Source of the DNA: Sporopachydermia quercuum
Taxonomy: Eukaryota
Assembly (NCBI GenBank): GCA_001599295.1
Contig: BCGN01000006.1
Location: 310,001 to 374,000, forward strand
Reading direction: 5' to 3'
Length of the DNA: 64,000 bases
The position numbers and the translations under genes were made by a program. The notes beneath the pieces are model-generated. The model was not told the origin of the DNA, made no database searches, and saw nothing but the letters and a program-made list of their open reading frames with translations. Of the stretch, positions 23,029 to 34,719 are shown piece after piece (positions within the stretch are counted from its first letter, which is position 1; the number at the start of each line of letters is the position of its first letter).

Positions 23029-26000
23029 TCCATCTGTATGTATTATGAATATTGGACCTGGGTTGAACTGTTATGCTGCGTTGTATTGGTTTGAAACAGG
23101 TACGGTTATTTGGTTGATTTTTTATTTTTTTTTCTGCGTACGAATTTTCTTTCTCTTTTGTCGATCACTTAAGTCTCAAATATTTAATTCTAATTTTTAT
23201 TGTCGAAGACTTCTTTTTTTCCTTATCATATATTTCTTATCCTATTGTACATCAAATCTTTCCGATCCTCATAATAAACCTTGGGAAAATATTTGCTGAT
23301 GAAGTGTGATGCTGGAAAACTAAGACTATAATGACTTTAGAAAACGATTATGACAGGAGTTTAAGCAGTCAGCTGAATAAGTTTGAAAAATGATAATACT
23401 GAGTATAAATTCTCTACGTATCAGAGAGTTCAGCTCTTCTTCGTTCAAGAAGGGAGTGAGAAACTGGGAAAAAGGAATCGAAAGTGGACGAAAACCGGAG
23501 AACATGTACCGGTAGTAGCGTATTAGTCAACTTGGAAGTTTGAACTTAAATCTTTTCAGTTTCAATTACTGTTAGCGAGAGGTTTGTACTATAGGAGAAG
23601 AAATTATGTACTTATATCGGAACCTTATTTGAGAAAGAATTTAGTAAGGGATGATGAGAGAGATTAGCTAAGATTAGTCGGGTTTGAATCCAAAGAATAA
23701 TCCGGGATTGCAGCTGCTAATTTTCTATATTCCTTCTTCTGTTAATATCTTTTGGAAAAGTAAAAAGAGGNCTAAGCAAGTAAAGCGAATCATGTTTTAG
23801 AGTTCAAGAAACAGTTGATCGGGCATTAATGATGCATAGTTGTACATTTTTCCTTTATTATGTGTACTGCGTGCGATCACTGATCACTGACTAGCTTGAA
23901 TAGGTAGCTCATCTCTCCTAGCCTAAGAAATGATGATGAGTCGTAGAAGTGAGAGTACAATAACGGTCGGCCTGACCAAAGAGAAATGCTAACCAGATAT
24001 TTTTTGATCTAGTACAATATTATTTTGATATAATAGATCTACCGATCAGAATCAAATAGCCAAATAAGTGATTAGCTAGTTGGGTGAATTAGTTACTTAC
24101 ATCACTTTTGCATAAGACTATTATAGTTCGATCATGGCATCATTTAAGCGTGGAATTCTTTTCACCTCCCCATTTCCTCGGTTGCAATTCATCTAAACAC
24201 AGGTCAACTCAACTTACGTTCACCTAACTAGACAAATCAAAGGAATATAATATTGCCTCGTTTGTTCAAATTTTAATAGGCTTTTCTTTTGATGACATTT
24301 CTGCTTTTCCCTGTCAATAATTAAAGTGGCATAAAATCGTTTAGGTATTAACTAAATGGAAACTTTATTTAAAAAATTGATATACCTAATCGGGGTTTCC
24401 ATTCATATACTTGACTAGCAAAGGACGTTCTGAAAGCCTTTCAAGCTATTGGTATTAAATAGGCTAACAAATGGCTTATTGCACGGCCTGAAAAGTGTGG
24501 CCTAGTCCGAAACAGGAAGACATTATTTGTTGTAGAAATGAAATTATTCAAACTTTAACTCAGTTTTGTTATATTTTCTACACTAACAGCAGAATACGCC
24601 AATTACAACTAAGAAGGGACCTAAGAATTAGATGAAGAAAAGTAAGAGTTGTAATTCTATGGTCTCCAATATCCGTTTATACTGGTTAATTTTAAGGTGA
24701 GGTTATACTTCTATTGTCTACTCCAGGATGGTTGTTTCAATTGGAAGACGCTATGGCATTTGGATGTAAATATTAGAATATATTGTTTCAGGCAGTGGAA
24801 TCAGAATTTGTATTTACTTCAGTTAATGGAAAACGGTATCTATAAAATGGTTATGGAAGTTGAAGCGAACTAAGGAGTGCATGAAGATGTCACTTTCCTA
24901 ATGAGTGAAATATATAACAAAATCATGATTTTTAGGTTGCTAGTTGTAGTACTCTCTACTTTGATACCATGTTGCCATGACTGATTGTACTATTGTTTGA
25001 CCATATCAGTGAAACAATTATTGATACTTGCTAACCACCTTGGAGTAGTCATCAATCGATTGGAAAAAAGCAAAGTTACCAATAGTATTACTACTGCCCC
25101 TGATTGATAGTAATATGAAACAAATGTACTATGTATTCCAGTTCTCATAAGTAGATCCTCTTCATATATCATACCTGAAACTATTTTCTATGTAAATGAT
25201 AAAGCGAGTTTAAGAAAAAGTGATTTGTAAGAGAGTTGATTATTTCACTATCCTAGATCGCTTTTTTTCCCTGTTTTGAATGGTTAGGTATTCTTTCAGA
25301 CTCAAATCCAGAGTTAGGTCAAGTAAATTTTGTGTAACTATCGTCATTGCTAGTTTCACAGTAGTGGTTGGCGAAAACTGTGTTGTCTTCATCAATAATG
25401 TGCGCACAGTAATAGATTTATAACAGCATTGTCTTCATGTTCAAATCTACTAAAATGTACTGTTGAAACATACATTCAACTGGAATCATCGAAAACCCCG
25501 ATACTCTACAGGTGTGATCAAATATTAGTTTGCTTGAATTTTCTATTATACCCTTTCGGAAGAAAAGAGGCTATTGAGACTATATTCTTTATCATTCTTG
25601 ACACAAAATTCTTCAGCTGATCTGACATATACATTTGGACTCTACTAATTAGTGGTCATAGAGTGTTCTGTAAACGAATCAATCGTACTAGACAAAAACA
25701 TGGGTTAATTCAATTACGTTCAATACTATTTATAGTATAATTCCCTAACATGCCATTGTTTAAAAAGAAATATATTTTTCCAAGACTTTTCTGTTTTTTT
25801 TTTTCTGAAAACAACTGCTATTACCAAATAAATGTAAACATGTTTGTTCCTAACTTGCCACGTTCAATCTTTGCTATCAAAGCAAACATTGGACTTTTAT
25901 TCTATCAATTCTAAATTTGGGATATCTTTCTAAATCATAAAATGAGTTAAAGAAATAAACAGTTTATTCAATCAATCTGTTTTTATTGATATGAGGATGA

Positions 26001-27821
26001 ATATGTTTCATACTTTACAAACTACTCAGAAGTAGTTAGTTCTTTTCACAAGCGGTTTCTCGTCTCACGACGATAATTATTATTCCTTCAAGCCTTTCAT
26101 GGTTTCCAATACTATCTCTGGTTTCGGTTAATTGCTTCTAAATCAAACCGGAACTGCAAATTTACTATGGTTTTTGATCTGTTTCTTCGTAATTCCGAAA
26201 ATCCTTCCACTTAATGACTATCTCTTTTTGACACATTTTTCAAAGAAAGTTAAGGTTGAACATATAAGAATAGATCCGACTTTAATCTTACTAAGTTTGA
26301 TCCCAGTGATATTGATAAGCTCTAATAAATAAATCTCAGATTATTTTCCCTTTTTACTCTCTTCTTGTGATAAAATTATGAGCAAATTTGTAATTTGAGT
26401 CTTTGAAGAAATCAAAAAGAAGAATGCCATTAAATACTTGAAAGCTCAATTTTCTTTGAGATTGAATTTAGAGTTTACAATAAAGTTGGAAAAGTAGTAT
26501 TTGCTTTCGTACAAATTGATGAAGAATTTCAACTATACTTGAGGTACCTAATTTTAATGTGTAATGAACAAGACTGAAAGGTAAATCCTTAAACTTAAAA
26601 TCCATATCGGCTTAAGTCAGCTGAGAGAAAATATATCATACTAACTTACTATAGATGAGAAAGATATTTCAAGCATAACCAAAACTACTGAAAGGTTTCA
26701 GGAATAAGAAAGAAAAGATAGGAGTAAATAGATTAGAAATATGAATCACGAAACATGAAACATGGGGCTTCAAATTTAAGATTGTTGTCGAAGTCTAAAC
26801 AGCTGAGTATTCAACTGTTGACACTGAAAAATAGATGCTGATATACTGGTAGGAAAACTGAGAAGACGGTTACATAAAAAACGTGCCATGAAGCCAGCCA
26901 GCTAGCAAAATATCTGTGATGCTGTCACTAGAAGCAAACAAAAATACCTGCCAATTTTTGAATGTAGTGTGACTTCTTACTTCTCTTTCTATTACAAGTT
27001 ACTTCGTATGCCGCACGAATCAAATGTGAAACCAAAACTGCCTAAGGAGTGTACTGAAACACAAATTTTATATTTTTATTGAGTCTATTTTATACCTAAT
27101 AAGATGCCTTGGGGCAGTGCCTGAATGAATCCCTGTGAATAGTTTAGATTTTTTGATGATAAAGAATGAACCTATAAATCAAAATTCAAACAGTGCAGTA
27201 TGAATACTGCTAAAAAATCTCTTACATAATTTTATCTCTCAGCTCTGATTAATATGGGTTTCACAACATTGCTCTACCTACGTATCAAACAATGTTCACT
27301 TCCGGTAACTATCACATCACTACCTGAATTTATAAGGTTAACGTTAAGCTTAAACCTTGGTAAACTTTAAAAACAAATTAAGATAGGGTTTTGCTAAAAG
27401 AAGAATAGAATTTACTTAGATTTCAAGTATCGAGTAAAGATTGACAAATTGAAGAGGAAGAACTGAGTGAAATAAATGTACAAACTTGATATTTCTATGC
27501 CTCATTGACTGATTTCAAAAGTATAAATCTATGAAACTTCTACTATATGTAACTGGTAAAATAATGAAGGATCTATGACGAAATATGCTCGAAAATCTCA
27601 TGTGATGCCAGTATATGATATAATAAATTACAACTTACGGCGGAAGAAATAACAGAATCAATCGATATTTTATAAGCAGTTGGCCCATTGTTGTACAACA
27701 TTGCTTTACAATTTTCACTACAATTCCAATAAAATAAAGTAGAAAAATACAATGCATGACATATTCAAATCAAATTATGAACACTTAATTGTAACCCAAC
27801 CAAATTAGATACCTATACAGT

Positions 27822-29468
27822 TTAAATCTTAGCCTTGAATTGATCTTCAGTGACACCAGCACCCATAGCAGCAGTTGATGTAACACCACCAGTGATCATC
27901 TTCAGGATATTATCAATATATTCAGCACCAGACCATTTTTGATGTTTGACAACTTCGACACCCAATTCAAGTTCAGGTTTTTGAACGTATTGACCATAAT
28001 ATTTCATACCTTGTTCACTATAACCCTTGGCAAAAGAGTCAGCAGCGAGAGCTGTAGTATGTAAACCAGCCAAAGTAATGAATTGCCACACATATCCAAG
28101 CTTAGCAAGTCTTTGAATATAAGTTCTTTGTTCTTCTGGTTCCATAGCAAGGTTCCAGTTGAAAGATGGAGATAAGTTGTAAGCCAACCATTGATCAGGG
28201 AAGGCACTCTTGACGCCAACTGCAAACTCTTCAGCTTGCTTGTAATCAGGAAGCTTAGATTCCATCCAGATTAAATCAGCATAAGGAGCATAAGCTCTAG
28301 CTCTGTTCACGGCACATTGAGTACCACCTTGGTACTTGTAGTATCCTTCTCTGACTCTTGGCTTTTCCCAGTCGAAGTAGATGTCCTTACCAGTCAACTT
28401 CTTAGCAAGAGATCTGGCTTCAGCATTAGACTTGTTGCTGAGAGGACCAACTTGGGAAAGGAATTCGGCAATAAGAGCATCCTTGTTAGAATAAGAACCA
28501 GCCTTGATTTCATCAACAACAGCTTCATGGAAAAGCTTTAAACCAGCTTCCTTGTTCCAGGCATCCTCAACAGCAGCGAGAGCATTACCAGTCTTACCTT
28601 CTTGCTCAGCCTTCACCATAACGTCAACAAGAGGAGGGATGTTAGGATTGGTAGAACCAATGACGAAATAGTGATCACGATAATCGATTGTGGATGTGAG
28701 TAAAGTAGCAGCTTCAGAATCAGTTCTGGCAACAGCAACCAAATCAGAGCCAAAAATATCAGCAGAGGTTCTAATAGCAACAAGACGGTTGATATGTTCT
28801 TGAACAGGGACGAGGACCTTACCAGCCATATGACCACACTTCTTGGTACCAGGAGCTTGATCCTCAATATGAATACCAGCAGCGCCTCTTTCAATGAACA
28901 TCTTAGTCAACTTGACAATAGCAGTTAAACCACCATGACCAGTATCAGCATCAGCAACAATAGGTCTTAAGAAGTCAATGTAATTGAGTTTGGCTCTTTC
29001 AGCAGGGGGAAGGCTGAATCTTTCTTCCCTTTGTTTCCTGTCGTGAAATTGTTGAGCAAAGAATAAATGTTCTACCTTGTTTGGTACAGTGTCCATAGGG
29101 TAATCAGCCAAATCAGGAGATGGTTCATTGGAAGTAGAAGCAGTTGAAGATGACTGCCACCCGGAAACATATACAGTGTCCAAGTACTTGGCCATTTGGG
29201 TAACTTGAACAGGGTCTAAAGCACCGAAAGTGAANGAAGCTGTGTTCTTAGCATCATGTTCTTCTAAAAGTTTGTAGAGCTTACGAGCTTGAATGGATGA
29301 NGGGTACTCAGTCAATAAAGTACCTCTCTTCTTGACAATGTCTTCAGCTGTATAAACACGCTTAGTCTTTCTCCATCTTGGTTCAGCCCACCACTTTTTC
29401 ACAGCGGCAACTTCAGCATCGAAAGCTGCTTGTTCAGCCTTTAAATCAATCTTAGTATAAGCACCCAT
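27822..29468 (-). CDS. ICL1: Isocitrate lyase
   Basis: KKCGHMAGK catalytic motif, [25 protein letters not shown]-terminal AKI is PTS1-like. Confidence 0.98.
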   Translation of the reverse strand: MGAYTKIDLKAEQAAFDAEVAAVKKWWAEPRWRKTKRVYTAEDIVKKRGTLLTEYXSSIQARKLYKLLEEHDAKNTAXFTFGALDPVQVTQMAKYLDTVYVSGWQSSSTASTSNEPSPDLADYPMDTVPNKVEHLFFAQQFHDRKQREERFSLPPAERAKLNYIDFLRPIVADADTGHGGLTAIVKLTKMFIERGAAGIHIEDQAPGTKKCGHMAGKVLVPVQEHINRLVAIRTSADIFGSDLVAVARTDSEAATLLTSTIDYRDHYFVIGSTNPNIPPLVDVMVKAEQEGKTGNALAAVEDAWNKEAGLKLFHEAVVDEIKAGSYSNKDALIAEFLSQVGPLSNKSNAEARSLAKKLTGKDIYFDWEKPRVREGYYKYQGGTQCAVNRARAYAPYADLIWMESKLPDYKQAEEFAVGVKSAFPDQWLAYNLSPSFNWNLAMEPEEQRTYIQRLAKLGYVWQFITLAGLHTTALAADSFAKGYSEQGMKYYGQYVQKPELELGVEVVKHQKWSGAEYIDNILKMITGGVTSTAAMGAGVTEDQFKAKI

Positions 29469-29612
29469 TTCTGATACGTTCTTTAATTATTATTTATTCA
29501 GCTAGTTCTACTAGAGCTTGAATATGAAATATTTTGATCTGGTTGAATAATATTTCAACTTCTTCTCATCTAAATCACAAATACTTCTTCTTCATTTACG
29601 TGTTCAAGGGGA

Positions 29613-31717
29613 TCTGGGGATATATTTATACAATTTCAAATCTGGGGAAGACAAAACTATGTAAGGCGATGAACTTTTCGAACTCGGATGATTTGAGTAC
29701 TAATGACAAAGTAAATTTACTCCGTTTCTTCCCAAAGATTGCAATGGTTTCATTTCTTTCCGTTTCTTCGCAATAAAATGAAGCCATTCGAAAAACTGGT
29801 TGAAGACGTAAGTATAAAAAACTGGAGAAAAGACGATTTGGTTGAAAATTAGGTTAACGTTCATGACAAAGCTAGTATGTACGTAACAGAATATTCCTGA
29901 CATGACGCAAAAAGAAAGCAATGGTTTGAAGAACACTGAATGGAACTTTTCATGAAGGTTACTTTGATAGTTTAATTATGAAAGGCTGGAAGAGCGCTGT
30001 CAATTGGCCAAGTGAAAAGGGGGAAAGAATAAGTAAAATTATTTGGAATAATAGTTCGAAGGTAGCATAAAAATAACTAAGAATAAGCTGCCAGTTGCAG
30101 AAATGGTTGAAAGTGTCTTGGTAAATTTCATTCGTATGGGACGTTTATTGGGACTAGTTATTCTTGTTGCATGTAAAATCACCTGTATATATGTATATAC
30201 TATTGTGAGCAACATCATCTATCCCTAGTTGAATCATTTCTGCCATAGTTCGGTATTATAGCTATATTTTCATTTAGATTACAAGAAATTTGTATTAATG
30301 TTACATTCTGACCAAGAACCAATAACAAATAGTCTAAAAACTGTATCTAATGATTAGTAGACAATTAGCATCTTCAATGATTCGTAAATCCTCGGTAATT
30401 TATTGAAGTTTTGAACTGGTCACTTGTATTAGTAAATAGTAAGCTTTCACCGAGGTTCACATAGTATTTTCCGGTTGTGCGTCCAACTTTACATGTGTCA
30501 GATGAGTATACAGAAGGCATTATTATGAAATCCTGACCAAATAGAACTACAATCACATGTATAATATTTCTTAAAGTTCTACGCATTCTAGATATAATTT
30601 CTTTCCACAAAGCAAACATATCAGTAATTGTCTGGACTTTATTGATAGATATTAAGAATTTACAAAGTTTACTAAGATAACAAAAAGTAATCTTGATATC
30701 TATTCCCTGTTTCTGTTCTTTTTCCTACTGTTTTACTCAAAGATTGTAGTTTCGCAGGTGTGGCACCCACATTTGGCCTATTTGTTAGATCGGTTGTTTA
30801 AGGTTTGTGACCAATGGTAATGAGCAACAAAACTCTGACAAACTTTTAAAGTTAGTTAAATGTGTGTATTGTCCCTTTGCCCGAGATGGTTGCTTTAAAT
30901 CTGGGGAAATACTATGGATAAGAATTTTCATTTCAACAAACAAAGGAAGACCAGGAAGCAATCTAAATAAAGATGAGTCAGTACTAAACGGAACAGAGCT
31001 GGTGAAACTAGAATCAACTAAATATTTTTCCTAAACAGACAAACGAAGAATTGTTACCATAGCAAAATATATCTGTCTTCTTTATGTTATTCAACCAAAC
31101 CAAATAAACGCATTACTACTAAATAATCAATCATTACAAAATTAGTTAATATAGAATACAAAGAATTCCACGTCGCCGAGAATTGTAAGTTTGCATTCTT
31201 AATGAACTGTTCTTCAGTATAATTGTATTTCTGGCACTGCGAATGGGCTCATCGGGATGGAATCCTTCAGACTCCGAAGTTCGGCCTCTATGGCACCCAA
31301 AATAGAAGTCATTATGCAATTTCAGTAATTCTTTCCCTTTCTGTCCTGGACAGATTCCTATCTCATCCTTTAACCTCCAGTTTTCCCCGGACTCATCCTT
31401 TTTCTGATTATAATAACTTTATCTTCTCCTCAAGCTAAAGATTTTAAACATATGCTGCTTTCTCTTCCTTTTCAACAAGTCAGTACCTGCTAAATGTGAC
31501 AACTCCCTTATGCCTTACTCTCCGATTTCGGATTGGTTTTCCCTGTCATTTAAAAAACTGAAGTATTTTTCCCAGGATACATATATGTATTTGACGTGAC
31601 ATAGAAGTTAAATAATCATGACAAAACAGTTAAACTTCCCACAACAAAAATAGCTTCTTGGAATTACTAGCAAATGGTTGTTTCGGAGAAACCTCTTTGT
31701 TGAAATCTGGGGAAATA
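29613..31717. promoter_or_regulatory. Mig1/CreA-type sites upstream of ICL1
   Basis: TCTGGGGA at 29613, 29641, 30900 and 31706. Three copies have an AT-rich 5' flank, and AAATCTGGGGAAATA is identical at 30897 and 31703. Confidence 0.6.
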
Positions 31718-32052
31718 GTATAGGTAAGTAGTTTCTTAATGAATATTTATCTATCTCTTGATTAACTTAACAATTCTATTACTATCAAATTGTTCCTTAC
31801 ATCATTTAGCGTCCCCACAAGTGTAAAATTCTAAATTGACTGAAATTCTCATTACCGCAAAAGTTTGGCAGATGAGACAATTCACGGGTTTGTCATTAAG
31901 GCTTGTGCTCTGCATCATCATGCTTTCTGATACTTGTCGTGTTTGCATTTTATAATTTAACCTAACTTCTCTACTACAAAATAAAATATAAAAATAAAAA
32001 ATTAACTTTGTTAATCAAACGAAACTACCAAATATTCTATACTATACTAACA

Positions 32053-32739
32053 TTACTGTAGGCTGTTTAGGCTTCTTAATTTTTCAATCTCGAGTTCCAA
32101 TTGCCTATTTCTTTCTAGAAGTTCTTCAACTTTCTTTTCTAATTGTGTCATCCTGACCATTTTCCTTGCTCTCGACCTTCTGGCTGCTTCAGTGTTTCTT
32201 CTTCTTTTATCAACAGCTACATTTCCAGTCTCAATCAATGGCAAAAGGGAAGTAGCAGGACTTTTCCGTTGCTTCCTCCTATAAGATACACAGCCCAAGT
32301 GATCAACTTTAGCATCACCTAGTAGAAGCTCTTCAGATTCTGTAAAAGATTCTTTCTTAATTTCAATCTTTTCGACTTTCTTCTCCTCCGGAACAATACT
32401 AGTTGTGGTCTCGAGTCCAGTGAACAACGGTGTCCATTCCTCTGAAGGGGTCAATTCCACGTCAGTAATGAGTGGTGTGTCATTTAGTAAGCTGTCGGTG
32501 TACAACAATTCCATTGGAGAAACTGTACACGAATCGGGGGAGTTATCTAATGAAGGAACATCACTCATCTCAGGAGTTGGCATGAATAATTCTCCATATC
32601 CTTGAGACAAGTGAAATCCTTCGAAGATGGACTCACCCAAAATAGTATTAGTTCCATCAGCAGCAGCGTTCATTGTAGTAGTTTGGTTCATTTCGTTTAT
32701 TTCGTAACCAGTATTTTTGAACAAAATATTAATTTTCAT
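32053..32739 (-). CDS. GCN4: bZIP general amino-acid control activator
   Basis: KRRRNTEAARRSRARK basic region, leucine zipper, WTPLF and DHLGCVSYRRKQR motifs. The true start may be a downstream in-frame ATG (e.g. 32691). Confidence 0.95.
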   Translation of the reverse strand: MKINILFKNTGYEINEMNQTTTMNAAADGTNTILGESIFEGFHLSQGYGELFMPTPEMSDVPSLDNSPDSCTVSPMELLYTDSLLNDTPLITDVELTPSEEWTPLFTGLETTTSIVPEEKKVEKIEIKKESFTESEELLLGDAKVDHLGCVSYRRKQRKSPATSLLPLIETGNVAVDKRRRNTEAARRSRARKMVRMTQLEKKVEELLERNRQLELEIEKLRSLNSLQ

Positions 32740-32776
32740 ATATTCAGTATAATTAAATCACAGATTCAATCTTCAA

Positions 32777-33056
32777 TTAATGAATGGCGACCATATTGGC
32801 GAGGCGACTTTGAAGTCTTGTATAATATTAAACACACATTTTTAAAAAGGGGGAACGAAGACAATCATGTCCTATAATTTTGGTTATAGTAGCATGGTTA
32901 AAAATTCTTAAACTTCAATCATTTTGAAATTAATCGTAGAATTCTCACTTAGCAGTTTGCATTGTAAAAATCACAACTGTTAGAGACAAATCAAACTCGT
33001 AGAGTACTTAATTTGACATTTTTTAGAAAAAACCCATAGGGAATTTAGCAAGCCAT
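32777..33056 (-). promoter_or_regulatory. GCN4 5' leader with nine short uORFs
   Basis: uORFs: 33056-33045 MAC, 33037-33023 MGFF, 33019-33008 MSN, 32962-32945 MQTAK, 32922-32908 MIEV, 32895-32884 MLL, 32868-32842 MIVFVPPF, 32839-32828 MCV, 32794-32777 MVAIH. Confidence 0.85.
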
Positions 33057-33428
33057 TTTGAATATATTCTTTTAATATGTCTCTTGTATTATAATTCTAT
33101 TGTGTCTTCTGAATGGGTTTAGTTGATCAATAGTATTCTCTTCGCTTTTATTTACCTGTAATTTTAACGATATGCAGGAAGAATGCCATTAAAGGGGAAT
33201 CCCATAGTTTTATATTTACTTGTTATCTTTTTTTTTCAGCAAACAGTTACTCCCTAAACCATGAAGAAAAAAAANNATTATTACCCGGAGCTTTTATTTA
33301 TTAATTAGGCAGGAGTTTCTAATAATAGTAAGAGCATCAACAACCCTAAAATAAAAATCAAGTATGGTATTTCTTATTTAGTATTTCAAGCGACAAACCA
33401 AAATTATCAACTGAAACAAGATGAAAAT

Positions 33429-33437
33429 ATGACTCAT
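33429..33437. promoter_or_regulatory. Perfect Gcn4/AP-1 site ATGACTCAT upstream of GCN4
   Basis: Exact 9-bp optimal site about 370 bp upstream of uORF1. Confidence 0.6.
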
Positions 33438-33983
33438 CAATAGTATGAGATTTACTCTGGTTTTATAGTAAATAGTTCTTACATTTACTATTGAATATCA
33501 GTCTTGAGTTAATTCTTTGCTTCCTGGAAAATTTGTGAACTGAAACACTTTATGGTTGAAGACAGAAGCCTCAAAAACACATTTCTGCGTGTGCCCAAGA
33601 AAATGTGTCATCATCTATGCATGTAAGAATATATGGTATATTTCTTTGTGGCTACTTCACAAATGCCCAACATAAGGCTCCTTCAAGCTGCATTGTTTGT
33701 TCTTTTGATTGTTTATATGCTCGTTCAAACTAGTAGATATATGTGCCATCAATTCTATTTAGTCACTATTTGCTATTACATCTCGATAAACCGGTCTTTA
33801 GTTTTTTTTCGTATTATAATTAATTATAACTGATTTATATTATCAGATTTCTGGTATCTCTGCTCTAGCTTTTACAGATAATCTGTAAGAAACTACACTA
33901 AACAATAAAAAAAAATGGAAAAAAAAAATCATCTGAATTAATGATAGCATAATCTGATTTTCCTCAGGTTATAATTAGAACAA

Positions 33984-34363
33984 ACGCGTCGCGCTGCAAA
34001 AACTAAGCATATAATACTGTTCATGAAATCTTCATTGTCTATTAAAGAACTGAACTCCTGATGCGTCTAATCCTTATAGTAAGGTCAAAATAGTGATTGT
34101 GACAATTTAAGTCTCAGTTTCAATATTGGAAGTAAGTGTGGCATTGACTTCTATGCATTAGAAATGAGCTTATCTTGCTCGATAAACAAGTGTACTGATT
34201 CACTCAGTTAGGTCCTCCATGAAATAGTGATGCGCAATACAGAATAGACATAAATTATAATTATAATAGTAAAACAATAAAACAATGATAATAACATGCT
34301 TTTTTCCCTAAGAACTGTATTTATTATCGATAATAATTATAATTTTCATCTACTCAAACGCGT
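33984..34363. promoter_or_regulatory. Two MCB elements (ACGCGT) upstream of the septin gene
   Basis: ACGCGT at 33984-33989 (followed by CGCG) and at 34358-34363, in a CpG-poor background. Confidence 0.5.
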
Positions 34364-34719
34364 TTCCCCAGTAATTCACATCCAATCTCCTCTCATTACA
34401 CTTCAAGTAGCCATTCCGTTCTTCCCACAATAAATTTACCTGAAACGAGTTGCTGGGTTTAAGTTACTTCTTAACATAGTTACTCTCAACTCAACAGATC
34501 AACGCTCTGTTCAGTTGTTTTTGGTTATAGAAGAGAAATCGTGTTTTTTTTTCCTGGATAGATCCATTACCTCTACAATTTCTATCAATTGCAAGGCTTC
34601 TTCTATATAGCTTTGAAAATCTACCATATAATTTCTCTACAGAAGACAAGGATCATTTGACCTATCTTTATCACATTTCTCTGATCTGGAAATCATTATA
34701 CAAACACTGATCAATCATA

